Positions 7,562 through 16,210 are shown, numbered from the stretch's first letter. The stretch is DNA of 22,368 nucleotides from Sandaracinaceae bacterium (GCA_044220955.1 JBGAQA010000103.1:1-22368), one strand, 5' to 3'. Numbers and translations are program-made. Notes: generated by a model from the sequence alone, not told the origin.

Positions 7562-8242
7562 CTAACGGCCGAGCAGGCGCTTGAGGGCCGCCACGTAGTC
7601 GGCGCGCGTCAGCGCGCCGCGATCGATCAGCGCCAGGAGCAGCGCTTCGTGCCGCTGCGCCGCGCTGGCCTCCTGCTCCAGCAGGTGCAGTGGCTGCGTG
7701 GTCGCCGCGCGCAGCTGCTGGGTGCTCTCGGGCGCGATGGGCGCCGGGTCCGCGGAGGGAGCATCGCGCTCCAGCTCCTCGCTCGGCGGGGCATCGGAGC
7801 GGCGCCGCTGTCCGGGGAGCACCTGCGTCGGCGGCCCGCTGACCTCGCCCGGCTTTCCGTACTCGCGGTCCAGCGCGCGCCGCACGGACGAGAGGGTCCC
7901 GACCAGCGCTCGAACGGCCCGCCCCGTCGCCTCGGCGATCGCGGTCGCCCCGGCCCGGTCCAGCGGATCGGCGAACGCGATCGAGAGCGTGCGGTTCGCG
8001 TCGACGGCGACCGGCACCGCGAGGTGCGCGCGCGCGAGGCTCTCGGGCACCAGCCAGATGGCCTCGCGCTCCACGGTGCCGCGGTCGAGATCGATGACGA
8101 CCGAGCCCGCCTCGCGCGCCAGCAGATCGGCGAGCGCCTCCTCGCCGAGCAGGCCCCGCTCGACGGCGCGCGCGACGGTCGCGTCGTCGCCCTCGGAGAG
8201 CAGGCCCTCGCGTCGCAGGATCTCCGAGAGCGCCGAGACCAT
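7562..8242 (-). CDS. Stand-alone GspE/PilB N-terminal (T2SSE_N/MshEN-like) domain protein without ATPase, 226 aa
   Basis: LSEILRREGLLS and VERGLLGEEALADLLA helices, then LVPESLARAHLAVPV..LSIAFADPLD..IAEATGRAVRALVGTLSSVRRALDREY. C-terminal ALLLALIDRGALTRADY. No Walker motifs. Start ATG 8242. Confidence 0.82.
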   Translation of the reverse strand: MVSALSEILRREGLLSEGDDATVARAVERGLLGEEALADLLAREAGSVVIDLDRGTVEREAIWLVPESLARAHLAVPVAVDANRTLSIAFADPLDRAGATAIAEATGRAVRALVGTLSSVRRALDREYGKPGEVSGPPTQVLPGQRRRSDAPPSEELERDAPSADPAPIAPESTQQLRAATTQPLHLLEQEASAAQRHEALLLALIDRGALTRADYVAALKRLLGR

Positions 8243-8253
8243 CCGGACAGAGA

Positions 8254-9501
8254 CTACGGCGGCGAGGGCGGCGCTGTGAAGGCTCCGATGGGGATGGCCT
8301 GTGGCGGCACCTGCCAGTCGGGAGCGTCCGGATCGACGCGATCGACGGCGAGCGCGTGCGCCAGGCCGTCGGGGTAGCCCAGCTCGAGCACGAGCGAGTA
8401 GCGGTGTCCGGCCTTGAGGACCAGCCCAGCGCGGCGATCGGCCGAGAGCGGGATGCACGCGGCCGTGCGGCGGCCGTCGCCGACGACGAGGATGCCGGGC
8501 GCGTCGGTGGTGATCGCGTAGAACGCCTCGGCGCGCGGGGTGAAGGTGAAGGTCCGGTCGACCGAGCCAGGGCTCGCGCCGCAGAGGTCGGGCTCGCTGC
8601 TGGTGCTGCCGGTCGAGAACAAGAGCGGCTGGCCGAGGGTCAGCGCGCCGCCGCTCTGGAGCTGCACCGCGGTGAGCGAGTAGCTCCCGGACTGGCTCGA
8701 GAAGCCGCCGACGATCACGCGCACCACGGTGCCCTGGGCGAGGTCGACCGAGAGGCGCGCGTGCGTCGTGCCCTGGAAGTCGTCGTTGCAGCCGAGCGAG
8801 GTCCCGAGATCGTCGACGAGGCCGAGGTACGCGTCGTACCCGGCGTCGACCTGGAAGAGGTAGCTGCCCTCCGCGGGCGCGGTGAAGCGCCACTCCTGCA
8901 TCGGGCTCGAGGGCGGACACGAGAGGCCACCGATCGCGCCGAGCCCGCTCGTGTCGCCCATCACGCTCCCGCCGAGCGGCAGCTGCTGCGGGGGTGCTGC
9001 CGGGGTGACCGGCACGACCGTCCCGTCGGCGAGGGTCAGCGAGCCGGTGGTCCCGCTCGCGGCGTTCCCCGTGACCCACACCTGGTAGGAGCCCGAGCCC
9101 CCGGCGTAGCCGCCCTGCACGACCGTCACCGCCTGCCCGGCGGCGAGGACCACGACCACCTCCGACGCGCGCGTGCTGCCGTGGTCGTCGTTGCAGCCGA
9201 GCTCGTTGCCGCTCGCGTCGTAGACGGCGAGCACGCCGTCGTAGTCGTTCGTGACCGAGTCGAACGTGAAGGTCCCAGCGCTCGGGGCGACGAACGCGTG
9301 CTCGTTCTGCGGCGAGCCGGACGCGGCGCCGCAGCTGATGGCGCGGCGGCTGCTGGCTCCGGTGGTGCGCCCCGAGACGCGCGCGCTCTCGGTGAGCGGT
9401 CCCGGCGGCCCGCGGGTGGCCGAGACGAGGGTGGTGAAGAGCAGGCCGCAGCCGGGGAGCAGCGCGAGGGCGAGGGCCAGGGGGATCGGCGAGGTGCGCA
9501 T
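8254..9501 (-). CDS. Lipoprotein with two or three PPC-like (pre-peptidase C-terminal type) beta-sandwich repeats, 415 aa
   Basis: MRTSPIPLALALALLPG-C lipobox. Repeated units F.AP..G.(F/Y).F....YD..L...D..G..LGCNDD....A...V.L..G..V.V..GG(Y/F)....GSY; the third copy is degenerate. Confidence 0.8.
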   Translation of the reverse strand: MRTSPIPLALALALLPGCGLLFTTLVSATRGPPGPLTESARVSGRTTGASSRRAISCGAASGSPQNEHAFVAPSAGTFTFDSVTNDYDGVLAVYDASGNELGCNDDHGSTRASEVVVVLAAGQAVTVVQGGYAGGSGSYQVWVTGNAASGTTGSLTLADGTVVPVTPAAPPQQLPLGGSVMGDTSGLGAIGGLSCPPSSPMQEWRFTAPAEGSYLFQVDAGYDAYLGLVDDLGTSLGCNDDFQGTTHARLSVDLAQGTVVRVIVGGFSSQSGSYSLTAVQLQSGGALTLGQPLLFSTGSTSSEPDLCGASPGSVDRTFTFTPRAEAFYAITTDAPGILVVGDGRRTAACIPLSADRRAGLVLKAGHRYSLVLELGYPDGLAHALAVDRVDPDAPDWQVPPQAIPIGAFTAPPSPP

Positions 9502-9503
9502 CG

Positions 9504-10124
9504 TCAGTCCCCCAGCCGGAAGCCGATGCCCAGCTCCAGCCAGAACGCGGGCATCCGGTTCTCCTGGTCCAGCCGGACGTGGCCCACGAGGTATGCGCTC
9601 AGCGCCCACGAGGCGTCCCAGTACCAGTCGGCCGCCGCGCCGAGCGTGACGAGCGCGCCGGGGACGAACGCGCCCGAGAAGTGCTGGCTCGCGGTCGCGC
9701 TCGAGCCGTCCAGCAGCACGACCTGCCGCGGCGGGGTCGTCTGGTCGTAGAACGATGCGACCCACATCCCGGCGCCGGCGACGATGGACAGGCGCGCTCC
9801 GTACTGCTGGACCATCGCCCAGCGCGCGCGCAGGAAGTCCGCGGCGAGGAGCCACTCCTGCCGGCGCCCCTGCTCGCTGCCGCCGTCCGAGCCGAACGCG
9901 AACGACGCGCTCGGGCCGAGGTAGATCCCCGTCGACGACGAGGTGACGAGGATGTCGAGATCGTACGCGACGAGCCAAGCTCCGTCGGGCTCGAGGCGTC
10001 CACCCACGAAGACCGCATCGCTCACCGAGTGCACCGCGCTGGCCTGCGCGCAGGCGTGGCGCGGGGCGGCCAGCGCGACGAGCGCGGCCACCGCCAGCGC
10101 GAGGGCGAGACGGCGAGGGAGCAC
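9504..10124 (-). CDS. Secreted protein, probable small outer-membrane beta-barrel, 206 aa
   Basis: Sec signal (RRLALALAVAALVALAA..ACA-Q), alternating amphipathic strands, C-terminal WLELGIGFRL. Stop lies 2 nt from the next start. Confidence 0.72.
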   Translation of the reverse strand: MLPRRLALALAVAALVALAAPRHACAQASAVHSVSDAVFVGGRLEPDGAWLVAYDLDILVTSSSTGIYLGPSASFAFGSDGGSEQGRRQEWLLAADFLRARWAMVQQYGARLSIVAGAGMWVASFYDQTTPPRQVVLLDGSSATASQHFSGAFVPGALVTLGAAADWYWDASWALSAYLVGHVRLDQENRMPAFWLELGIGFRLGD

Positions 10125-10189
10125 GGAGGCCTGGGACGCGCGAGGGCGAGAGACGATCTCGCGCGCGACGTGCTACGCGCGCACCGGGG

Positions 10190-10852
10190 TCACTTCTTCC
10201 CGCGGATCTCGGCCACGCTGTGGCTCCCCGTGACCTCTTCCCACGTCGGCAGGAGCTGGTCCGGCGTCACCGTCAGCACGCGCAGGCGCATCACGACCCG
10301 CGTGACGCTCGAGGTCTGCGAGAAGCGCACGTGGCGGCCCTGCGCCTGCTCGAACACCGCCTCCGAGCCGGGGCGCGGGAAGGGGTGCGAGAGCTCCATC
10401 GCGTCCCCCTCGCGGATCTGCCCGCCGACCAGGCGCGCCCCGCGGAGGGGGTGATCGAGCAGGCTGCGCTTGGTCGCCTGATCGATGACGTCGACGCAGT
10501 GCAGGCGCGCGTCGAGCGCGTAGATCGTGTTGCGCGTCCAGATCTCGAGGAACGTCCAGGGCGCGTCCGGCAGCGGCGCCGAGCGCTTCTCGTACACCAG
10601 ATCGATGTCGACGGCGGGCGTCGCGATGCGCTTGGGCGCATGCGCCGCGAGCGGCGCGAGGTGCGAGAGGTCGGCCATGCCCGACAGGGGCGCGTGCTCC
10701 ATCGCGAGCACCTGCGGCGGGGCCGGCTCGTCGTCGATGCTCGCGTGTACGCGCGCGACCTGGATCGGCGGGAGCGGGTCGGACTGCCCGAAGCCAGGGG
10801 TGGTCTGGCTCTTCTTGTTGCGCTTGCTGTTCGGGTCTGCGGGGTCCGCCAT
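10190..10852 (-). CDS. Hypothetical cytoplasmic protein, 220 aa
   Basis: The C-terminal part of ORF 10190..12733 has normal coding composition from MADPADPNSK. Disordered N-terminus, then an ordered domain FLEIWTRNTIYALD..C.DV.D..HPLRGARLVGGQ..LSHPFPRPG.EAVF. Confidence 0.78.
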   Translation of the reverse strand: MADPADPNSKRNKKSQTTPGFGQSDPLPPIQVARVHASIDDEPAPPQVLAMEHAPLSGMADLSHLAPLAAHAPKRIATPAVDIDLVYEKRSAPLPDAPWTFLEIWTRNTIYALDARLHCVDVIDQATKRSLLDHPLRGARLVGGQIREGDAMELSHPFPRPGSEAVFEQAQGRHVRFSQTSSVTRVVMRLRVLTVTPDQLLPTWEEVTGSHSVAEIRGKK

Positions 10853-10890
10853 CGCGACCGACCTTATCATGCGCCATAGTCGCGCATCGC

Positions 10891-11241
10891 GTGGACCTGC
10901 CTCCGTACTTCCCGACCCGCGGACACCTCCTGCTCTGCACGGGGCCACGCTGCGCGCGGGTGCAGAGCGCGCGCCTGTTCCGGGACGCCTCGGACGCGCT
11001 CGAGCGGCGGGGCCTCTCGTATTACAAGGAGGGCGGCTCGGTCCGGCTGAGCGAGGCGGGCTGCCTCGGCGCGTGCGGTCACGGGCCGACGCTCGCGTGC
11101 TACCGAGGCCTCTCGCCCGATCCCGGCGTGCGCCTCGAGCAGGCCTGGTACGCGGCGGCCGACCTAGCCCTCGTGCTCCGCGTCGCGGCGAGCATCCACG
11201 ACGGCACGCCGCTGCCTCCCGAGCACCGGTACGATCTCTGA
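10891..11241 (+). CDS. Thioredoxin-like [2Fe-2S] ferredoxin, 116 aa
   Basis: HLLLCTGPRC...AGCLGACGHGP...AWY four-Cys pattern typical of the TRX-like 2Fe-2S family. GTG start. Confidence 0.87.
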   Translation: MDLPPYFPTRGHLLLCTGPRCARVQSARLFRDASDALERRGLSYYKEGGSVRLSEAGCLGACGHGPTLACYRGLSPDPGVRLEQAWYAAADLALVLRVAASIHDGTPLPPEHRYDL

Positions 11242-11293
11242 CGGGGGCGCGGCGCTCTCCGCGCGGGCGCGTGATAGGTTGCCCGCTCGATCG

Positions 11294-12589
11294 ATGGCGG
11301 ACGCGGCGCAGTTCGGGCCCTACGCGCTGACGCGACGTCTCGGGCGCGGCGGCATGGCCGAGACGTTCGTCGCCACGCGCCAGGGGCCGGGAGGCTTCGC
11401 GCAGGACGTCTGCGTCAAGCGCATCCTGCCCACCCTGGAACAGGATCCGTCGTTCATCACGCAGTTCGAGCAGGAAGCGCGCGTGTCGGCCAGCCTCCGG
11501 CACGCGAACATCGTCTCCGTGCTCGACTTCGGCGTCGTCGACGGCCTGCCCTACCTCGCGCTCGAGCTCGTCGACGGGCTCGACCTGTACTCTCTGCTCG
11601 AGTGGCACGACGAACGGCACGAGCGCATCACGCCCGGCCTCGTCGTGTACCTCGCCGCCGAGATCGCGAGCGCGCTCGAGCACGCGCACGGCAAGAAGCC
11701 GCAGGCCGTCGTGCACCGCGACATCTCTCCTTCGAACGTCCTCGTGTCGCGTGCGGGCGAGGTGAAGCTCTCGGACTTCGGCATCGCCAAGGTGCTCCGC
11801 GGCTCGCGCAAGGCCACCACGACCCTGACCATCAAGGGCAAGGTGCCCTACATGGCGCCCGAGTACGCGATGGAGGGTCGCTTCGACCCGCGTGCCGATC
11901 TCTTCGCGCTCGGCGTGATGCTCTACGAGCTGCTCGCGGGGCGCCGTCCCTACGAGGGCCGCACGGATCTCGAGACGCTCACGCTCATCCAGGCGGGCAA
12001 GCGCACGCCGCTCGCGGAGCTCTGTCCCTCGACCGTGCCGGCCTTCGTCGCGATCGTCGAGCGCCTGATCGATCCGAGCCCGGACCTGCGCTTCCAGTCC
12101 GCGAGCGAGCTGCTCGACGCGATCGTCGAGGTCGCGCCGCCGCCGACCGCGCGCAAGATCCTCGGCGATCTCGTGAAGAAGGTCGCGCCCTCGCGCCGCA
12201 GCGATCCCTCGGTCCCCGCGCTCGCGCTGGCGGCCGACCGACCCTCCCCGGTCTCCGCGTCCGACCCCACGCGCACGCGTGATCCCGATCGGCTCGTGAC
12301 GGATCGGACACCGGAGCTGCGCGGCGTCGCGCTGGAGTCGGATCCGGCGACCACGCGGACCGCGCTCGCGAGCGAGCTGCTCGACGCGCTCGGTCCCACG
12401 ATCCCCGAGCAGACCTCGCCCGTGGGCGCCGACCCGACCGTGCGCGCGGCGTTCGAGGCCTCGCAGCGCATCCCCGAGACGCGCTCGCGCGAGCGTGCGG
12501 CGGGCGCCCTGCGCTTCATCGGGATCGGAGCGGCAGCGGCGGTGGCCGCGGCGATCGCCGCGCTGATCGCGTGGTGGGCGATGGGGTGA
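11294..12589 (+). CDS. Ser/Thr protein kinase with a C-terminal membrane anchor, 431 aa
   Basis: LGRGGMAE, VCVKRI, HRDISPSN, DFGIAK, YMAPE, ADLFALG. Ends in a hydrophobic helix FIGIGAAAAVAAAIAALIAWW. Start ATG 11294. Confidence 0.92.
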   Translation: MADAAQFGPYALTRRLGRGGMAETFVATRQGPGGFAQDVCVKRILPTLEQDPSFITQFEQEARVSASLRHANIVSVLDFGVVDGLPYLALELVDGLDLYSLLEWHDERHERITPGLVVYLAAEIASALEHAHGKKPQAVVHRDISPSNVLVSRAGEVKLSDFGIAKVLRGSRKATTTLTIKGKVPYMAPEYAMEGRFDPRADLFALGVMLYELLAGRRPYEGRTDLETLTLIQAGKRTPLAELCPSTVPAFVAIVERLIDPSPDLRFQSASELLDAIVEVAPPPTARKILGDLVKKVAPSRRSDPSVPALALAADRPSPVSASDPTRTRDPDRLVTDRTPELRGVALESDPATTRTALASELLDALGPTIPEQTSPVGADPTVRAAFEASQRIPETRSRERAAGALRFIGIGAAAAVAAAIAALIAWWAMG

Positions 12590-12618
12590 GCGCGAGGCGG
12601 GGGACCGGTGCGCGCCGC

Positions 12619-12803
12619 TCACTCCCACCGCACGTGGAGGTCCGCGTCCGCGAGGCTCCGCGGCTGCACGTCGATCGCGGCCGTCGCGCCGCAGTGCTTC
12701 ACCGCGCCCTCGAGCACTCCGACCTGAAGCCACGCACGCTGGCGTCGCGCGGCAAGAGCGCGATGTGCGCCGCGATGTCCACCGAGCGCGGGACCGAGCT
12801 CAT
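12619..12803 (-). pseudogene. Internally deleted remnant of a DUF2378 (TIGR02265, Myxococcales-restricted)-like gene
   Basis: ATG 12803 overlaps the upstream TGA (ATGA) and reads MSSVPRSVDIAAHIALLPRDASVRG. A different frame then reads QVGVLEGAVKHCGATAAIDVQPRSLADADLHVRWE-stop. These match my recollection of the family's N- and C-termini. Span is 185 nt, not a multiple of 3. Confidence 0.58.
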
Positions 12804-14214
12804 CCACCGTCTCCCACGTCCGCCTGGCCGGCGTCCATCGGTCCCGCGTCGGCGCGGGGCCCGGCATCGGCCGAAGCCGCGCCGGCGTCGAGTCTCCCCC
12901 GCGGAACCGTGATCCGGATGGTCCGCGCGACGAGCTCGGCGCCATCGCCGAGCAGCACGATCGTCACGCGGAACACCTGATCGTAGTCGGCCGGCGCGAT
13001 CGTCCGGTTGGCGAGGTGGGCGCGGAAGAGCACGGTCGTCCCCGAGCGCACGCCCTCGAACGTGTCGATCACGCCGTCGCCGGCGGGACGCCGCCGGCGG
13101 CGGGCGTGGCCATCACGGCCTCGATCGACCGCACGAACGCGAGCCGGTCGTCCTCGGCCTCGCCCCAGACGGCGGCGTACGTGAGCGCGTCGGAGATGTC
13201 GCCGATCGCGTGGACGACGGCGGTGGAGAGGCCCAGGCCGCTCGGGTCGATGTCGAACACGAGCGGACAGCGACCGTCCGCGTCGGCAGCGCGATGCGCG
13301 CCGTCGATGCCCGTCGCGCACTGGCCGCCGACCGCCGGCGCCGTCGCGCCCGTCGCCCGGGCCAACGCCTCGAGCTCCGGCCGTGCCCGCGCGCTCGACG
13401 CGATCCCCATGACGCGGATCTGCCCGGCCACGAGCGCGCCCAGCGTCTCGGCCCGCGAGTGCGAGCCGGGCACCGTGTCCCCGTAGTCGGCGGCGTCGTG
13501 CGAGGGCGCGTCCGTCACGTGCACGACGACGCGGAACGCGCCCGCGCGGAAGCCGACCCCGGGGACCGTACCGCCGCCGCTCGCCGCCGCCCCCGACCAC
13601 GCGGCCGCGAGCGTCGTCCCGCGCACGCTCAGGCCGGTGCCGCGCGCGATCTGGTAGAGGGCCTCGAGCCCGGCCTCCGGCTCGTCGCCCCCGTTGCCGA
13701 GCGGCATGTCGAGCTGCGCGACCGCGCCCGCGACGCGCCGGACGTCGGTCGTGACGCCGGTGAAGAGCGTGTACATGTGATCGGTCTCGACGCCGAAGGG
13801 CGCGAAGGGCGCGTCCTCGAAGCGCGCGACCGCGAACGCGACGTCCGGCACCTCGCTCACCAGGCCCGGGACCACCACCGACTCGAGCTCCGACTGCAGC
13901 GCGTCGATCTCGCCCGCGAAGCTTCCGGTCGCGTCCACCGAGAACACCACGTCGATCCGTCCCAGCGCCGCGCTGGCGTCGAGGTCGGTGGTCACCTCGG
14001 GGCCACCGAAGGGCAGCACCACCGCGAGATCCGCGGGGGGCAGGGCCGCGGCGTCGGGCCGCACGTACCCCGAGTCGCCCGAGGGCAGGGCGCCGTCGGC
14101 GATGGCGATCGCGTCACGCCGCACGTTTCCGTCGAGCGACGGCGCGCTCGGCACCGGGGGCGTGCAGCCGGCGATCAGCGACAGGGCGACGAGCCAGACC
14201 CGCACCCACGTCAT
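12800..14214 (-). pseudogene. VWA-domain lipoprotein, frameshifted near 13075-13110 (~470 aa if joined)
   Basis: GAGGAG RBS, MTWVRVWLVALSLIAG-C lipobox, MIDAS-like DVVFSVDATGS..GGDEPE..VTDA. Frame 1 stops at 13069, while another frame continues GDGVIDTFEGVRSGTTVLFRAHLAN..DAG repeats to the stop at 12800. Confidence 0.8.
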
Positions 14215-14278
14215 CTTCGCACTCCTCGATCGGCTCGGCCAAGGCCCGCGCCGGCGCCGCGGTCCCATGCCCTGCGAG

Positions 14279-14305
14279 GCCCCGTCGGGAAAAAAGCGAC
14301 GGGGC
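14279..14305. promoter_or_regulatory. 9-bp inverted repeat in a divergent intergenic region
   Basis: GCCCCGTCG-ggaaaaaag-CGACGGGGC between the divergent VWA and FHA genes. Confidence 0.4.
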
Positions 14306-14328
14306 GGGCGCGCTGGAGCGCTACGACG

Positions 14329-14358
14329 TTGACACTCGGACCGCGGACCGACCATCCT
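14329..14358 (+). promoter_or_regulatory. Candidate sigma70-type promoter for the FHA gene
   Basis: TTGACA (14329-14334)-N18-CATCCT (14353-14358). Confidence 0.45.
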
Positions 14359-14403
14359 CCGTCACGTTCTCCCGCTCGGGGAGAGGGCGCTATCGTGGCC
14401 GGA

Positions 14404-16194
14404 ATGTTCAAGCTCCTGATCGCCGACGACGAAGGGAAGACGACCGTCGTTCCCCTCGTCCGAGACGAGATCACCATCGGTCGGAAGGAGGGCAACACCA
14501 TCCGGCTGACGGAGCGGAACATCTCGCGCAAGCACGCGAAGCTCCGCCGCAGCAACGGCGCCTTCATGCTCGAGGATCTCAGCTCGTACAACGGGGTGAA
14601 GGTCAACGGGAAGAAGATCGCCAGCGAGATCGCGCTCAAGCCCGGCGACCAGGTGCTGATCGGCGACTACCAGCTCGCGCTCCAGCTCGAGGGCGACTCC
14701 ACCGCCGCCACGCTGCCCGAGCAGACCGCGCCGACGGGCGCTCCGGTGACGAACGACGCGGTGACCGCGATGATCCCGACGCCGGGACCCTCGCTCGGTC
14801 CGCCAGCGCGCCTGGTGATGATGTCGCCCCCCGCCCCGGGCGCCGAGTACGCGCTCTCGCGCGACCGGATGCGCATCGGACGCGCGGAGGATCTCGAGAT
14901 CTGGGTCAACCACCGCTCGATCTCCCGCGAGCACGCCGAGGTGGTCAACGAGAACGGCAAGCTCGTGATCAAGGATCTCGCGAGCGCCAACGGACTGCGC
15001 GTGAACGGCGCGGACACGCGCTACCACGAGCTCGCCCCCGGGGACGTGATCGAGCTGGGTCAGGTGCGCTTCCGGTACGTGCCGGTGGGCGAGGCGTTCA
15101 CGTTCGACGAAGGTCGGACGATGCAGATGGACGCGGTCGCCCTGCCGCCGGAGCGCGAGGGACCGAACCGCACGACGCTCTACATCGCGGGCGGCATCCT
15201 CTGCATCGCGCTCATCGCCGGAGCCGCGATCGTGTTCTCGGGCGGCTCGTCCGACGACGGCCCGAGCGTCGTGCAGCTGCCCCCGACGTCGGTCGGCGTC
15301 GTGCCCATCCCGAGCAGCGCCGCGCCCCCGCCGGTGACCGCCGATCCGGAGGCGACGGCGAACGCGGAGATCGGGCTCTGCGCGACGGCGCTGAACTCGG
15401 GCCAGTTCGACGAGGCCATCGCCCACGCGACGGCGGCGCTGGCCCTGCGACCGGGCGACACCGGCGCGCTGGACTGCCAGGCCCGCGCGACCGCGCAGCG
15501 TGACGAAGGGACGACCTTCGCGGCGGGGCTCGCGCAGATGCAGAACGGCGACTACCAGGGCGCGTACCTGTCGTTCGAGTCGCTGCCGGTCGACAGCCCC
15601 TACCGCGCGCGGCCCGAGGTCGTCGAGACGATGACGCAGTTCGCCGCGCAGACGGTCGCGCAGGCCGAGGGGCTCGCGCAGGCGAACCCGACGGAGGCGA
15701 ACCGCCTCGCGGCCACCGTCCTCGTCATGACGGGGCTCGACGCGGCGCTCGTCGCTCGCGCCGAGGCCGTCGAGCGCGCGACCCACCCCCGCGGGGTCGC
15801 GGTCCGCCCGCCGCACACCGGCCCGCGCCAGATCCCCATGCCGCCGCCCACGACGACGGCCCGCGTCGCGCCGCCGCCGCCCACGACGACGGCCCGCGTC
15901 GCGCCGCCGCCGACGACGACGGCCGCGCCCCCGCCGAGCACGGCCGCGGCCGCGCCGTCCGACGACCGGCTCAACCAGTGCGTGATCGCCGGCGACAACC
16001 ACTGCGTCATCGACCTGCTCGGTCGCGGCCGGGCGCACGGCGCCGCGCAGCTGCGGATGCTCTTCAACGCGCAGCGCGCGCTGAACATGCGGACCGACGC
16101 GTGCGCGACGGCGCGCCAGCTCATCACGGCTCCCGGCGTGTCCGCCGCGCAGCAGGCGCAGATCCGGCAGTACCAGGCCGCGCAGTGTCAGTGA
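14404..16194 (+). CDS. Tandem FHA-FHA / TM / TPR-like membrane protein, 596 aa
   Basis: FHA1 ITIGR..ISRKHA..EDLSSYNGVKVNG and FHA2 IGR..ISREHA..KDLASANGLRVNG. TM helix LYIAGGILCIALIAGAAIVF. TPR-like helices (GQFDEAIAHATAALALRPGD), Pro/Thr linker and a four-Cys C-terminal domain. Start ATG 14404. Confidence 0.92.
   Translation: MFKLLIADDEGKTTVVPLVRDEITIGRKEGNTIRLTERNISRKHAKLRRSNGAFMLEDLSSYNGVKVNGKKIASEIALKPGDQVLIGDYQLALQLEGDSTAATLPEQTAPTGAPVTNDAVTAMIPTPGPSLGPPARLVMMSPPAPGAEYALSRDRMRIGRAEDLEIWVNHRSISREHAEVVNENGKLVIKDLASANGLRVNGADTRYHELAPGDVIELGQVRFRYVPVGEAFTFDEGRTMQMDAVALPPEREGPNRTTLYIAGGILCIALIAGAAIVFSGGSSDDGPSVVQLPPTSVGVVPIPSSAAPPPVTADPEATANAEIGLCATALNSGQFDEAIAHATAALALRPGDTGALDCQARATAQRDEGTTFAAGLAQMQNGDYQGAYLSFESLPVDSPYRARPEVVETMTQFAAQTVAQAEGLAQANPTEANRLAATVLVMTGLDAALVARAEAVERATHPRGVAVRPPHTGPRQIPMPPPTTTARVAPPPPTTTARVAPPPTTTAAPPPSTAAAAPSDDRLNQCVIAGDNHCVIDLLGRGRAHGAAQLRMLFNAQRALNMRTDACATARQLITAPGVSAAQQAQIRQYQAAQCQ
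15841..15925 (+). repeat. Intragenic tandem repeat encoding PPPTTTARVA x2.7
   Basis: Exact 30-bp copies at 15841-15870 and 15874-15903, plus a partial third copy. Confidence 0.85.
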
Positions 16195-16210
16195 ACGAGC
16201 CCCCTCGGCG

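Noticed and set aside
7562..8242. Type II secretion or type IV pilus ATPase gene (gspE/pilB)
   Set aside because: No Walker A/B motifs and no secretion-system genes nearby.
13069..13115. Programmed ribosomal frameshift in the VWA gene
   Set aside because: No X XXY YYZ slippery site or A-run is present. A deletion or sequencing error is simpler.
13210..14403. N-terminal extensions given by the ORF track (also 8243-9079, 9502-9978, 10853-12733, 7285-7341)
   Set aside because: They overlap other real genes or precede clear RBS/signal-peptide starts, so starts were reassigned downstream.
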